Shown here in pieces: positions 47,296-57,753 of a DNA stretch of 64,000 bases. The notes below the pieces were generated by a model that was not told where the DNA came from, searched no databases, and saw only the letters and a list, made by a program, of their open reading frames with translations. The stretch spans positions 772,443 to 836,442 of the forward strand of contig OZ252237.1 of the NCBI GenBank assembly GCA_965249525.1, written 5' to 3'. Source of the stretch: a bacterium. GTDB lineage: Bacteria > SAR324 > JACQKK01. A program made the translations under genes and the position numbers. Position 1 is the stretch's first letter, and each line of letters begins with the position of its first letter.

Positions 47296-50200
47296 TTAGG
47301 GGGTATGTGCAGCAAGTTGGATTTTCCAATGATGTTCGCCGAGTTGATGTTCCGTGCTAAAGCTGGAGGGGAAATTATGACTGCCCCAGCTGGTGGCGAG
47401 GGTCTCTGTCATAATAAGGGGTTTGTGTGATGCCAGAGCTTTTTCTACGCTTTGGCTGCCGCTGATGTGCAGGGTGATGCGGTCAGCCAGTTGAAGTTTG
47501 GCTTGTTTTCGGGCTTCTTGGATGCTGCGGATCAGTTCTCTGGCAAGGCCTTCTTGTTGCAGATTATCGTTGAGCTGGATGTCTAGGATAGCCAGCAGTC
47601 CGCCTTCTTCGGCGGCGGCCTTGTGTTGGGAGGAGGTTTCTATCAGCAGTTCTGCTGCTGTAAGGGTAAGGGGTTTATTGTCTAGCTGGAGGGTGATGCT
47701 TCCTCCCTGTTGCAGACGTGCGATGCTAGCTGCATCAACGGAAGCCAGGGATTTTTTCAGCAAGGGGATGTCTTTCCCAAGGCGTTTCCCCAAGAGGGGC
47801 AGGTTAGGTTTCAGGTGATATTGGGCGATGCTGGCATCTTTTGGCAGGTATTCCAGTTGTTTGATGTTCAATTCTTCTAAGATATGGTCTTGCTGTGCTG
47901 TTACTGCTTGGTGGAATGCTTCATCTGGTAGACGCAGACTGAGCTTGCCCAACGGCTGACGTATTCTGATACCTGCTTTTTCTCGTGCTGCACGCCCCAA
48001 AGACACCACCTTCTGTGCTGCTTCCATTTGGTTGACCAGGCTATGGTTGGCTAGTTCAGGCTGGCTGTGGGGCCAGCTGGCCAGGTGTACACTCTCGGGG
48101 GCAGCGGGGTTCACTGCCCGCACCAGATTTTGGTGTACCTCCTCGGTGATAAAAGGCATTAGAGGTGCCATCAAGCGATTAACAGTTTCTAGACACTCAA
48201 ATAGGGTAAGATAAGCTGCATGTTTATCGCAGCCGTGTTCACTTTTCCAGAAACGGCGGCGGTTGCGGCGGATGTACCAGTTGCTTAACTGATCTACAAA
48301 AAGTTCTATGGCTTCACCGGCGGTGCGGGCATCAAAGTTTTCCATGGCTGCTGTGGCTTGCTGCACTGTTTGTTCCAGTAAAGCCAGGGCCCAGCGGTCA
48401 ATTTCGCTGCGTTGGGAGGCTTCTATCTGCTGATTGAAATCAATCTTATCCAAACTGGCATAAGTCACCAAGAAGGCGTAGGTGTTCCAATAAGTGTTCA
48501 AGAAACCGCTGGCTACCCCGCGGATGAGCTCCAACGACACCCGCTTTTGCCCATCTGGTGAGACCCGCGCCAAGAAATGCCAACGCAGCGGGTCTGCCCC
48601 TACCTGATTGAATACTTCAAAGGGATCAATCACATTGCCCAGTGATTTTGACATCTTGCGCCCGCGTTCATCCACGATATGGCTTAAACACACCACATGG
48701 CGAAACGCCGCCTGGTCAGATACCAACGCTGCGATAGCATGCAAGCTGTAAAACCAACCGCGGGTTTGGTCAATTGCCTCACAGATGAAATCCACTGGGA
48801 AATGTTGCTGAAAAAGCTGCTTGTTTTCAAAAGGATAGTGCCACTGGGCATAGGGCATGGCACCAGAGTCAAACCAGCAGTCAATAACTTCTGGCACACG
48901 GTGCATGGTGCAGCCTGTTTTGGGATGCGCAAAACTGACCTCATCCACCGTAGGACGATGCAAATCCAACTGGTCTAGCTGCCTTCCACACAGTTTTTCC
49001 AATTCTGACACCGAACCAATGCAGATAAAATCTCCTTCTCCATCTGTCCAAATAGGCAGCGGCGTTCCCCAAAATCGTTCCCGAGACAGTGCCCAATCCA
49101 CATTGTTGGCCAGCCAATTGCCAAAACGACCATCACGGATGTGCTGCGGGGTCCAATCAATCTCCTGATTCAGTTCCACCATGCGTTCTCGCAGCTGGGA
49201 TGTGCGAATAAACCATGCTTCCTTGGCGTAGTAAATTAAAGGAGTCCCTGTACGCCAACCATGAGGATAGTTGTGACTGATGCTTTGCTGACGAAACAAC
49301 AATCCCCGTTTTTCTAAATCCTGAATAATGACAGCATCTGCCTCCTTAAAAAACTTGCCTGCTACCAGTGGCATCTCTGGCAGGAAACGACCATTCAACC
49401 CCACCGCATGCAGCACAGGCAGTCCATGACGCTGCGCCGCATTTAAATCATCTGCGCCATAAGCCGGAGCAAGATGCACCACCCCCGTACCATCCTCCAA
49501 ATGGACAAATGATTCCAACACCACACGGCAGATGTCTCCCTCCACCGGTAAATCGTCAAACAATCGCTGGTAACGCATCCCCTCTAACTCACGACCCCGC
49601 ATGCTGCGTAGCTTCCGCAGTTCTATGTCTCCCAATACCTCCTGCACACGCTCGGCTGCCAAAATGAAACGTTCCCCCTTCCCCAGCAATTCCACCTCCA
49701 GATACTCCGCTTCAGGATGCACCGCCAATGCTAAATTGCTTGGGAGAGTCCAAGGAGTGGTCGTCCATGCCAGAAAACTTACACCTTCCTCCTCCTGCAA
49801 GCGAAAACGCACAAATACCGAGGGATCTTCCACCTGTTTATATCCCAATGCCACTTCGTGGGAGGACATGGTGGCACCCACTTGGGGATCATACGGCACC
49901 ACTTTGTAGTCCTTCTCAATCAACCCCTGGTCCCAAATCTGCTTTAACAAATGCCATACCGACTCAATAAAGCTATTGTCCAAGGTAAAATATGCATCCT
50001 CCATATTCACCCAAAAACCCATGCGCTCCGTCATACGCTCCCAGTCCTTTACATACCGCATTACCGACTCCCGACAACGACGGGTGAACTCTGCTACTCC
50101 TACCTTGGTCTCAATCTCCTGCTTGTCAAATATCCCCAGCTCTTTCTCCACCTCATGTTCCACAGGCAAACCATGACAATCCCAGCCAGCCTTGCGAGGG

Positions 50201-50451
50201 CAATGAAAGCCACGCATCGTCCGATAACGCGGATACACATCCTTAAATGCACGTGCCAACACATGGTGCAATCCTGGTTTGCCATTTGCCGTGGGGGGCC
50301 CCTCATTAAAAGTAAACAACTCCCGTCCCTCGCTTTGCCGCAAGGTCTTGGCAAACACATCCTGCGCTCTCCAAAAACGCAGCACTTTTTCTTCTAATTG
50401 CGGCCCTTCATACCGCACAGAAACTTGTTTTAGCTCTTTTTTTTGTTGCAT
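47296..50451 (-). CDS. ileS: isoleucyl-tRNA synthetase, type 2 (long, eukaryote-like C-terminus)
   Basis: HIGH-region PPTANGKPGLHHVLAR, KMSKS (RKMSKSLGN), CP1 editing insert. 1051 aa. Confidence 0.95.
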   Translation of the reverse strand: MQQKKELKQVSVRYEGPQLEEKVLRFWRAQDVFAKTLRQSEGRELFTFNEGPPTANGKPGLHHVLARAFKDVYPRYRTMRGFHCPRKAGWDCHGLPVEHEVEKELGIFDKQEIETKVGVAEFTRRCRESVMRYVKDWERMTERMGFWVNMEDAYFTLDNSFIESVWHLLKQIWDQGLIEKDYKVVPYDPQVGATMSSHEVALGYKQVEDPSVFVRFRLQEEEGVSFLAWTTTPWTLPSNLALAVHPEAEYLEVELLGKGERFILAAERVQEVLGDIELRKLRSMRGRELEGMRYQRLFDDLPVEGDICRVVLESFVHLEDGTGVVHLAPAYGADDLNAAQRHGLPVLHAVGLNGRFLPEMPLVAGKFFKEADAVIIQDLEKRGLLFRQQSISHNYPHGWRTGTPLIYYAKEAWFIRTSQLRERMVELNQEIDWTPQHIRDGRFGNWLANNVDWALSRERFWGTPLPIWTDGEGDFICIGSVSELEKLCGRQLDQLDLHRPTVDEVSFAHPKTGCTMHRVPEVIDCWFDSGAMPYAQWHYPFENKQLFQQHFPVDFICEAIDQTRGWFYSLHAIAALVSDQAAFRHVVCLSHIVDERGRKMSKSLGNVIDPFEVFNQVGADPLRWHFLARVSPDGQKRVSLELIRGVASGFLNTYWNTYAFLVTYASLDKIDFNQQIEASQRSEIDRWALALLEQTVQQATAAMENFDARTAGEAIELFVDQLSNWYIRRNRRRFWKSEHGCDKHAAYLTLFECLETVNRLMAPLMPFITEEVHQNLVRAVNPAAPESVHLASWPHSQPELANHSLVNQMEAAQKVVSLGRAAREKAGIRIRQPLGKLSLRLPDEAFHQAVTAQQDHILEELNIKQLEYLPKDASIAQYHLKPNLPLLGKRLGKDIPLLKKSLASVDAASIARLQQGGSITLQLDNKPLTLTAAELLIETSSQHKAAAEEGGLLAILDIQLNDNLQQEGLARELIRSIQEARKQAKLQLADRITLHISGSQSVEKALASHKPLIMTETLATSWGSHNFPSSFSTEHQLGEHHWKIQLAAHTP

Positions 50452-50716
50452 GCCCTGTTACCATCACCAGCGAATCACAGCAGACGGCTTGTTCCCCTCA
50501 TCTCTCGCCATCAACAATCTTACATTGTGCCAGAAACAGGGTGCTTTTCAAGCGTCTTTGGAGGTAGATTCACTTTGTTTTTAGTGCAAAGCTTGCATGT
50601 TGTGGAACTAAGCGTTATCCTGTACACGAACGCAATATCTTTGATATTTATTTAAATGTCTACTGTGAGTTTGTGGAAAACCACAGGATTTTTCTATATT
50701 GATGGAGAAGGAGACA

Positions 50717-51688
50717 ATGGCGGAATATAACATTTACGCTGTGAGGGCAGAGAGATATGAAGAGGCCCTGGAATTTAATATGTGGCTGCAACAGTGTTTT
50801 GCTGCTGGCGAAGCACGATTTGGCGAGGGAAGTATAGAGGAAAAAGACCGTCCCGAATACAGTCCTCGCAATCGTTATTTGCTAAAAATCAAACCGGGAG
50901 ATTATTTGGCGTATCTGAACCAATTTCAAGCGGGGGAAGTAACCGTTGCCAAGGTGACAGGAGTATATGCTTTCACCCGTGAGGATAAGAGTTATAAAGG
51001 AGATTTCCGCCACTGCATTAGCATAGATCCTAGGGTGGTTTCATTTTTCCGCCATGATGCATATGTGCAGGAAGATTTAAGCCATAAGTTAGGATTGCAA
51101 GGACGGTGGTATCGCATCCAAGCCAAGAATGCGTTTGAACAAGTACTAAAAGCACATAAAGCCGGCAAGCTGGGTAAGAAAGCTGACGAAACTGGCAGAT
51201 TCAAGCAGTTGCTTTACGACAGCGATGAACTGTTGAAGCAGATGGCTGAGGAACTTGAAAGGAATGATGTAAAAGACTTAGAAGCCACCCTCATTCAATG
51301 CTTAGAAAAAATGCTGCCGAAGGCACAGTTGGATGATTCCATCAACAGTGAAGGCTTGAATGCTGTGCTGTCATATGATGACGGCATCCCCATTGAAGGC
51401 ATGTCAAAAGCCAAACGCTGTGCAGTGCAAATTATGGCTGATACTGGCACAGTGTCTGATATAAAAATTTTTCAAGAAATTAAGATGGTTTTTGCCAACG
51501 GAAAAGAAGAGGGAAACGAATTTGATTCATGCTTGCTGCTAATGACTGGTTATCCCACCCAGCAATTTTTGGGAAAACTGAACAAATTGAGAGAAGAGTC
51601 TGGAAAATCTATCGGCTTGATTGCTGGTAAATCTCTGGCTTCAATCGTCATGCGTTATCACCCAGATTTGTTTGGTATGACGGATTAA
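50717..51688 (+). CDS. hypothetical two-domain protein: possible PUA/EVE-like N-terminal domain plus a Mrr-cat-like (PD-(D/E)xK fold) C-terminal domain with non-canonical catalytic positions
   Basis: AAGGAG lies just upstream of the ATG at 50717. N-terminus: RNRYLLKIKPGDYLAYL...GEVTVAKVTGVY. C-terminus: LEATLIQCLEKML..SEGLNAVL..CAVQIMAD..SCLLLMTGYPTQQF..IGLIAGKSL follows the Mrr-cat layout. The assignment is from memory and untested. Confidence 0.5.
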   Translation: MAEYNIYAVRAERYEEALEFNMWLQQCFAAGEARFGEGSIEEKDRPEYSPRNRYLLKIKPGDYLAYLNQFQAGEVTVAKVTGVYAFTREDKSYKGDFRHCISIDPRVVSFFRHDAYVQEDLSHKLGLQGRWYRIQAKNAFEQVLKAHKAGKLGKKADETGRFKQLLYDSDELLKQMAEELERNDVKDLEATLIQCLEKMLPKAQLDDSINSEGLNAVLSYDDGIPIEGMSKAKRCAVQIMADTGTVSDIKIFQEIKMVFANGKEEGNEFDSCLLLMTGYPTQQFLGKLNKLREESGKSIGLIAGKSLASIVMRYHPDLFGMTD

Positions 51689-51956
51689 CAAAGGCACGAA
51701 TTCTCGCAGCCCAGCAAATCAATTTCCCCAGCAATAGAAACAAATGGGACTTCAATTGCGGCCAGCATCTAGAAAAATATTTTTTGCAAGGTATCATTTC
51801 TGATCTTGCCTACAGATACTAGGTTTTCTGCCATCCCAGGCATCCATCACTAGGGTGATACGGCACAAGGCTTTTTATAAGAGGTGTGCGGGGGAGTCAT
51901 GCCCTCCCTGCATACAACTATGCAAAGTGTTGTGTTGAGGGGAAGGAAACCTGTAT

Positions 51957-54122
51957 ATGTATGCAAAAGGGTGCCCTCAGTATTGTTGTTATTTTCAGGA
52001 TGGTAACATCTGCCTGGGACTAGTGTGCGATGAATCCCTTGGATTGGTGTACCTGCTGACTGAGGAAGGAGATTCGCACTGTTTGTCGGCACGGCGGATG
52101 TTGTTTTGCTGGCAGGGTGAGATGACTGCCTCAGCAGAGTCGGAAGCGATGTGGCAGAAGGCAGCGTTGGAACAGCTTGAAGAGAAGAAACAGCAGCACC
52201 AGGAGCTGTTAGAGGGGCGTTTGAGTGCTGAGGAAAGGGGTGCGCTCGAGCGGTTGCACGGGGGGTTGATTGCGGGACAGGGGTTGGAGGCGGCGGAGTT
52301 GCTGGAGGTTCTTTCGGCGGGGGAACAGGGGTGGGAAGGGGCACGCTGGTACTGGGTGTTGTTGCGGGGCAAGGAGTGGTTTCGTCGTCAGAAGGGAGAA
52401 TTTGTTGTGCTAAGCACAGAGGAGGGTGTGGCAGTGCGCAAGCGGGCAGCCGTTCGTTGGGTGCAGCAGCAGCAGGTGCAGCGTACGCAGGCTTGGGTTG
52501 CCTTGTTGAAGCAGGGAAAGTGGCCTCCACCTGTATCGGACAGCCCAACTTCTTCTTTGGCGGACGAACCTGAAACAGCTTCGCTGCTGCAACCTTCAGC
52601 TGTGACCGATCCCCAGACGACTGACTGGCAGCCGCAGGATTTATTGGCGGCGCTGCAGTCGCTGTTGGTGGCTGAACAAGCTTCTCCGCATTGGGCGCTG
52701 CTGGGGCTGGCGCTTGGCTTGACGGGATTGGAAAAGGCAGAGCGCGAACGCACCCTGCAGCAATGGCTGCAGCATGCCAATTGTTGGCCAGGCTGGCCAA
52801 GCATCTGGATGCGGCGCGCCCAGGTGCATTCAGCATTCCCAAAGCACCTGCAAGCCGCCGCAGATACACTGGCGCAATCCCCTCGGGAGACTGGAACCCA
52901 GCAAGGGCAGAAAAGGAGCAAACCTTGGCAGAAACTGCATATGCTGCACAGTTACACCATTGATGCCAGCAGCACCCGTGACTATGATGACGCTATCGCC
53001 ATTGAAGCAGCTGCGCCGGATCGTGTACAGGTCGCTGTTTCCATTGCAGCACCAGCAGCTTTGATACCTGCCAGGCATTCGCTCACCAAAGAAGCTATTT
53101 GCCGCACTTCCACTTTTTATCATCCTGCTGGCTGTGTCCCCATGCTGCCTGCTGCCATCAGCGAAAACCGCAGCAGCCTGCTGGCCCAACAGGAACGCGA
53201 AACCATCACCTTCCGTCTGGAAGTTATCCCTCGTGGGGTGCAACTGCTGGAACTACTGCCTGGGGTGGTTAGCATCCAGCAAAATCTGAACTATCAACAA
53301 AGTGCACAATTGCTGCAAGAAGATCGCAGCTGGGGACTGCTGGCTGGACTCTGCCAACAACAGGCACAACGACGCCAGCAGGCCGGCGCACGTCTCCATG
53401 AGCGACATGAACTGCTGTTGGATGCCAGCGATCCCCAAGCCGTGAAGTTACATCATATTCAGCGCAGTGATCCCATCCACCGCTTGGTGGAGGAGTTGGC
53501 AATATCCTGCAACATAGCCGCCGCTGACTATTGCCACCAGCACCAGATCCCCGTACTTTATCGCACGCAGGCTGCTTCTCCACCTGCCTGCGATGACGCC
53601 TCCCCTTCGGCAGCTACTAAACAACCCATACAGGCGGTGCGACTGTCTCTCACTGCTGCTGAACATGCCAGCATCGGTTGTCCCCGTTATATACAGCTTA
53701 CTGCACCACTGCGGCGGGCATTGGACTTGTGTCTTCAGCAGCAATTATTGGCACACCTCTGTGGGCAGCCGCTTCCTTGGCAGGCAGAGGAACTACAGCA
53801 ATTGATCCCCCAGCTGGAAAGCCGTCTAGGGGTGCTTCAGCGACTCAGCCGCCGCCTAGAAACATACTGGAAAATGGTCTGGCTGCAACAGCACAGCCAT
53901 CAAAATTTCACTGCAAAAGCATACAAGGCTACCCATAGGGGTGAAACCCGTGTCTGGCTGCCCCAGCTGCAAATGCCCGCCCGTCTGCACGGCAACAGCC
54001 CATCTCCAGGGGAAGAAGTACCCGTACGCTTGGAAGCATTGGATATGCTCACCCCTCGGGTCTGGGTAAAGCGAGACTCGTATTTTGCGCACGGCAGCAA
54101 AACACTTGTTGCAGAAGATTAG
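51957..54122 (+). CDS. RNase II/RNase R family 3'-5' exoribonuclease (RNB domain) with an atypical N-terminal third
   Basis: RNB catalytic block YTIDASSTRDYDDAIAIE, later FTAPLRRALDL-type block (LTAPLRRALDLCLQQ). I recognised no clear cold-shock domains in the first ~300 aa. Confidence 0.8.
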   Translation: MYAKGCPQYCCYFQDGNICLGLVCDESLGLVYLLTEEGDSHCLSARRMLFCWQGEMTASAESEAMWQKAALEQLEEKKQQHQELLEGRLSAEERGALERLHGGLIAGQGLEAAELLEVLSAGEQGWEGARWYWVLLRGKEWFRRQKGEFVVLSTEEGVAVRKRAAVRWVQQQQVQRTQAWVALLKQGKWPPPVSDSPTSSLADEPETASLLQPSAVTDPQTTDWQPQDLLAALQSLLVAEQASPHWALLGLALGLTGLEKAERERTLQQWLQHANCWPGWPSIWMRRAQVHSAFPKHLQAAADTLAQSPRETGTQQGQKRSKPWQKLHMLHSYTIDASSTRDYDDAIAIEAAAPDRVQVAVSIAAPAALIPARHSLTKEAICRTSTFYHPAGCVPMLPAAISENRSSLLAQQERETITFRLEVIPRGVQLLELLPGVVSIQQNLNYQQSAQLLQEDRSWGLLAGLCQQQAQRRQQAGARLHERHELLLDASDPQAVKLHHIQRSDPIHRLVEELAISCNIAAADYCHQHQIPVLYRTQAASPPACDDASPSAATKQPIQAVRLSLTAAEHASIGCPRYIQLTAPLRRALDLCLQQQLLAHLCGQPLPWQAEELQQLIPQLESRLGVLQRLSRRLETYWKMVWLQQHSHQNFTAKAYKATHRGETRVWLPQLQMPARLHGNSPSPGEEVPVRLEALDMLTPRVWVKRDSYFAHGSKTLVAED

Positions 54123-56008
54123 TTATCTGTTTTTAGTATGGTCATAAAGGCATCTTGTGGAACTTCCACACTGCCGATTTGTTTCATGCGTCGTTTGCCC
54201 TCTTTCTGTTTTTCCAGCAGCTTGCGTTTGCGGGAGATGTCTCCTCCGTAGCATTTGGCGGTAACATTTTTGCGGATGGCACGGATGCTCTCTCTGGCGA
54301 CGATGCGTGAACCGACAGCAGCTTGGATGGCTACTTCAAACATTTGTCTAGGAATGTGCTGTTTCAGGCGCAAGGCAAGTTCTCGTCCACGGGTGGTGGC
54401 TTGCGATTTTGGTACAATCAGCGAGAGGGCATCCACTGCTGAACCATTCAGCAGCAAGTCCAGCTTCACCAGTTCACTCTGGCGAAATCCCAACTGTTCA
54501 TAATCAAATGACCCATAGCCCCGTGTGGCAGATTTCAAGCGGTCGTGAAAGTCCACAATGATTTCGTTGAGGGGCAGGTCGTAGGTCAGTACTGCCCGCC
54601 CACCTTCCAGATACTCCATAGATTGCTGCTGTCCCCGCTTTTCCAGCAATAGCTGCATCACTGTGCCCACATAGTCCTTGGGAACAAATACCTGCCCGCG
54701 TACATAGGGTTCAGCGATGTGTTCCAGCCGTGTAGTCTCTGGCAGATGGTTGGGATTCTCCACCCGAACCACTTCGCCCGATTTCAAATGCGCTTGGTAC
54801 ACCACTGTGGGGGCGGTGGCTATCAAGCGAATACCCATCTCGCGCTCCAGCCGCTGCTGGATAATTTCCAGGTGCAGCATGCCCAGAAACTTGCAGCGAA
54901 ATCCATACCCTAGTGCTGTGGAAGTCTCTGGTTCATACTCCAGGGCAGCATCGTTCAAAGCCATCCTGCCCAAGGCTTCTCGCAGATGCTCAAACAACTC
55001 GCCCTCCGCAGGATAAAGCCCGCTGAAAACCATGGGCTTTAAGCGCGTATAGCCAGGCAGGGGCTGTGCAGCCGGGCGCTTGGCGAGTGTCATGGTATCC
55101 CCTACGCGCGCATGCTGGATGTCTTTGATGCTTGCCGCCAAGTTACCCACATCGCCAGTCGACAGCGCATGCACCTCCCGTCGCTGAGGCGTTAGCATGC
55201 CCAGCGAACTCACTTCAAACTCCTTGCCTGATTTCATCAACATGATGCGATCTCCCACTTGCACCCGTCCTTGTCGCAGCCGAATGTTCACCATCACTCC
55301 CAAATAGCTGTCAAACCAAGCGTCATAGATCAATGCCTGCAAGGGGGCTTCCATATCACCCGTTGGTGATGGCACTTGCTGTACCAACTTCTCCAACACC
55401 GCAGGCACACCCTCTCCCGTCTTGGAATTGACCTGCAGCATGGGAGCTTCTTGCTGACCTCCCAGAATCTCCCGTAATTGGCGCTCCACTCCCTCAGCAT
55501 CCGCATGCGGTAAATCCACCTTGCTTAAAACCGCAATGATGCTGAGATCTTGCTGTAAAGCCAAATACAAATTAGCCAAGGTTTGCGCTTCTACCCCCTG
55601 TGAGGCATCCACCAGCAGCAGAGCACCCTCGCAGGCTGCCAATGAGCGTGAAACCTCATAGCTGAAATCCACATGCCCAGGGGTGTCAATCAGATTCAGG
55701 CGGTAGCTGTGTCCATCTTGGGCTTTCCAGTGCAGGCTGACGGTCTGCGCTTTGATGGTAATACCGCGCTCTTGTTCCAGCTCTAATGAATCCAATACGC
55801 GGTCTTTCATTTGATGGGGTGCAAGCGCTCCGCTGAGTTCCATCATGCGGTCAGCCAGGGTGGACTTGCCGTGATCTGCGTGTGCGATGATAGAGAAATT
55901 ACGCACCCGCCCCTGCGGGACAGGGGGCAGTGCTGGCTGCCTGGCGGGCGAGCCTTTGGGAGACCTGGCTGAGGGGGAGGTGTTGCTCATGCTGTCATGA
56001 TAACGCAT
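54119..56008 (-). CDS. lepA: elongation factor 4
   Basis: VRNFSIIAHADHGKSTLADR, DTPGHVDF, and the LepA-specific C-terminus ...KLLEKQKEGKRRMKQIGSVEVPQDAF. Confidence 0.95.
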   Translation of the reverse strand: MRYHDSMSNTSPSARSPKGSPARQPALPPVPQGRVRNFSIIAHADHGKSTLADRMMELSGALAPHQMKDRVLDSLELEQERGITIKAQTVSLHWKAQDGHSYRLNLIDTPGHVDFSYEVSRSLAACEGALLLVDASQGVEAQTLANLYLALQQDLSIIAVLSKVDLPHADAEGVERQLREILGGQQEAPMLQVNSKTGEGVPAVLEKLVQQVPSPTGDMEAPLQALIYDAWFDSYLGVMVNIRLRQGRVQVGDRIMLMKSGKEFEVSSLGMLTPQRREVHALSTGDVGNLAASIKDIQHARVGDTMTLAKRPAAQPLPGYTRLKPMVFSGLYPAEGELFEHLREALGRMALNDAALEYEPETSTALGYGFRCKFLGMLHLEIIQQRLEREMGIRLIATAPTVVYQAHLKSGEVVRVENPNHLPETTRLEHIAEPYVRGQVFVPKDYVGTVMQLLLEKRGQQQSMEYLEGGRAVLTYDLPLNEIIVDFHDRLKSATRGYGSFDYEQLGFRQSELVKLDLLLNGSAVDALSLIVPKSQATTRGRELALRLKQHIPRQMFEVAIQAAVGSRIVARESIRAIRKNVTAKCYGGDISRKRKLLEKQKEGKRRMKQIGSVEVPQDAFMTILKTDN

Positions 56009-56076
56009 TTCTTATGCAAAACGCACAAGACAAAAGATTTAGCCTGTGGAGGAAGCTTTGACTGCAAAAGCGCCTG

Positions 56077-56886
56077 TTATGATTTTTTTAATTTTTTAGC
56101 GATGAGGGCATGAAGCAGGAATATCAGGGCTGCTGCCAGCACGATGGAGGGACCGGAGGGGGTGTCGTATTGGATAGAGAACAGCAGTCCGAGGATGGTA
56201 GCCATGATGCCCGCATTGCAGGAGAGCAGTACCATTTGCAGCGGCGAGCGTGAGATTTGTGCGGCGGCTGCAGCGGGAAGCAGCAGCAGAGAAGAGATGA
56301 GCAGCACACCGGCGAGACGGAAGCCAAGTGTCATGGCAGCAGCCATAAGCACCAGCAGCATGATTTGCAGCAGGTTGGTTTTGATGCCTTCGGCTTGGGC
56401 GAGTTCTTGGTAAGCGATGGTCATCAGCAAGGGTTTCCAGCAGAGTTTGATGAGCAGGTTGATGACCACAGCACCGATATAGATAACGGCAATTTCTGTC
56501 CAGCTGATGCCCAGGATATTGCCAAAGAGAAGTCCAACAAGATTGGAACCTTGCATGAGGGAGAACAGCACCAGTCCGAGGGCGAGCATGCTGTGAGAGA
56601 GTATGCCGAGGGCGGTATCAGAAGTGAGTCCCCGTTTTTGTCTGAGCCAATAGAGACCGAATGCCAGCAAAAGAAAGGCGATACCCAAACCGAAGGAAAG
56701 GGCGGAGGCAAATGCCATAGCCAGAACGATGCCCATCAGTCCGCTGTGAGCCATGGCTTCACCCAGATATGCCATACGCTGCCAGACCACGAAACATCCC
56801 AGAGGTGCAGTGATGAGACTGATGCCTATGCCTGCCAAGAGGGCGCGCAGCAGAAAAGGTTCCTGAAACAGCAATTCCAACGCCAT
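56077..56886 (-). CDS. znuB: zinc ABC transporter permease (ABC-3 family)
   Basis: MALELLFQEPFLLRALLAG... Polytopic protein of about 8 TM segments, adjacent to znuC. Confidence 0.85.
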   Translation of the reverse strand: MALELLFQEPFLLRALLAGIGISLITAPLGCFVVWQRMAYLGEAMAHSGLMGIVLAMAFASALSFGLGIAFLLLAFGLYWLRQKRGLTSDTALGILSHSMLALGLVLFSLMQGSNLVGLLFGNILGISWTEIAVIYIGAVVINLLIKLCWKPLLMTIAYQELAQAEGIKTNLLQIMLLVLMAAAMTLGFRLAGVLLISSLLLLPAAAAAQISRSPLQMVLLSCNAGIMATILGLLFSIQYDTPSGPSIVLAAALIFLLHALIAKKLKKS

Positions 56887-56948
56887 GCTTGATTTAACCT
56901 CCCTTTGCAAAAGGCAGCTTCCCCTGCCCCAGTAGATACAGCCAGGGG

Positions 56949-57635
56949 CTAGCGGTTGGAGTGGGTATGGTCATGTTGATGGATGTAGGGGGCAAAAGCT
57001 TTGCCGAATATTTTCTCATAGGTGGGGTCACGGCTGATGGCTTCAGGGGCGCCCGAACAGCAGACATGTCCTTGGATGCAGAGTACTTGGTCGGTGGAGA
57101 ACATCACCATGTGAAGGTCGTGAGAGACCATGAGCACACCACATTTAAGGCTGTATCGCAGTTTGTTGAGTTGATTGTAGAATTCAGCCTGTCCATGGAT
57201 ATCCATTTTTTGTACGGGTTCATCCAGCACCAATAGGTCTGGTTTGCACAAAAGGGCGCGGGCAAGCATCACACGCTGAAGCTCGCCGCCAGAGAGTTCT
57301 CGCAGCAGCTGTTTTGCTGAGATAGCCACACCTGCTTGAGAAAGTGCTTCTTGCAGCTTGTGGTCTGCAACCACAGTAGGCAGGCACAGCCAATCTTTCA
57401 CAGTCAGCGGCAAAGAAGGATTGAACACAGTCAGCTGCGGCAGATAGCCTATCCTTAGCTTGGGCTTGCGCCATACCTCGCCAGCAGAAACTTTTTGCAG
57501 TCCCAGCAGCAAGCGAAGAATGGTGCTTTTCCCCGCCCCATTGGGGCCAATCAAGGTGACCACCTCTCCGCGATGCACCACCAAGTCAATATCGGAAACC
57601 ACTACAGCCTCTAACGGACCCGATACCCTTCGCAT
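56949..57635 (-). CDS. znuC: zinc ABC transporter ATP-binding protein
   Basis: GPNGAGKST, LSGGELQRVMLARAL, LLVLDEP, and a His-rich tail HQHDHTH. The ATG at 57635 (GAGGA upstream) gives normal N-terminal spacing. The ORF extends to 57752. Confidence 0.85.
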   Translation of the reverse strand: MRRVSGPLEAVVVSDIDLVVHRGEVVTLIGPNGAGKSTILRLLLGLQKVSAGEVWRKPKLRIGYLPQLTVFNPSLPLTVKDWLCLPTVVADHKLQEALSQAGVAISAKQLLRELSGGELQRVMLARALLCKPDLLVLDEPVQKMDIHGQAEFYNQLNKLRYSLKCGVLMVSHDLHMVMFSTDQVLCIQGHVCCSGAPEAISRDPTYEKIFGKAFAPYIHQHDHTHSNR

Positions 57636-57753
57636 GCGCACCAATTCCTCACCCTTTGTTTCTGGGGCAAGGGGTGTTGTATCCTTTTCTGTGCGAGCAA
57701 CACAGGTCGCTGAAGCAGCCACTCTACCTCTCAAAAATGGTTTTTTTACCATG

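Noticed and set aside
46837-47430. 197-aa plus-strand ORF bridging the murJ start and the ileS end
   Set aside because: It overlaps two well-supported minus-strand genes. It has low-complexity Cys/Pro/Ile-rich composition and no SD.
50452-50698. T-box or attenuator leader upstream of ileS
   Set aside because: No T-box consensus (AGGGTGGNACCGCG) is present on the minus strand. I saw only generic complementary 7-mers (CCCTGTT/AACAGGG).
51850-52869. 339-aa ORF on the minus strand
   Set aside because: It lies entirely antisense to the RNase II-family gene, which has clear RNB motifs. Its Pro/Ala/Ser-rich composition is typical of a shadow ORF, and it has no SD.
54119-54122. Interlocked convergent stop codons of the RNase II gene (TAG) and lepA (TAA) within TTAG
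   Set aside because: The overlap is real but trivial, since convergent 3'-end overlaps of a few nt are common. It only means there is no room for an intergenic terminator.
56257-56892. 211-aa plus-strand ORF
   Set aside because: It is antisense to znuB, whose membrane-protein reading is convincing. The composition is odd (rich in H, Q, E and G). I treat it as a shadow ORF.
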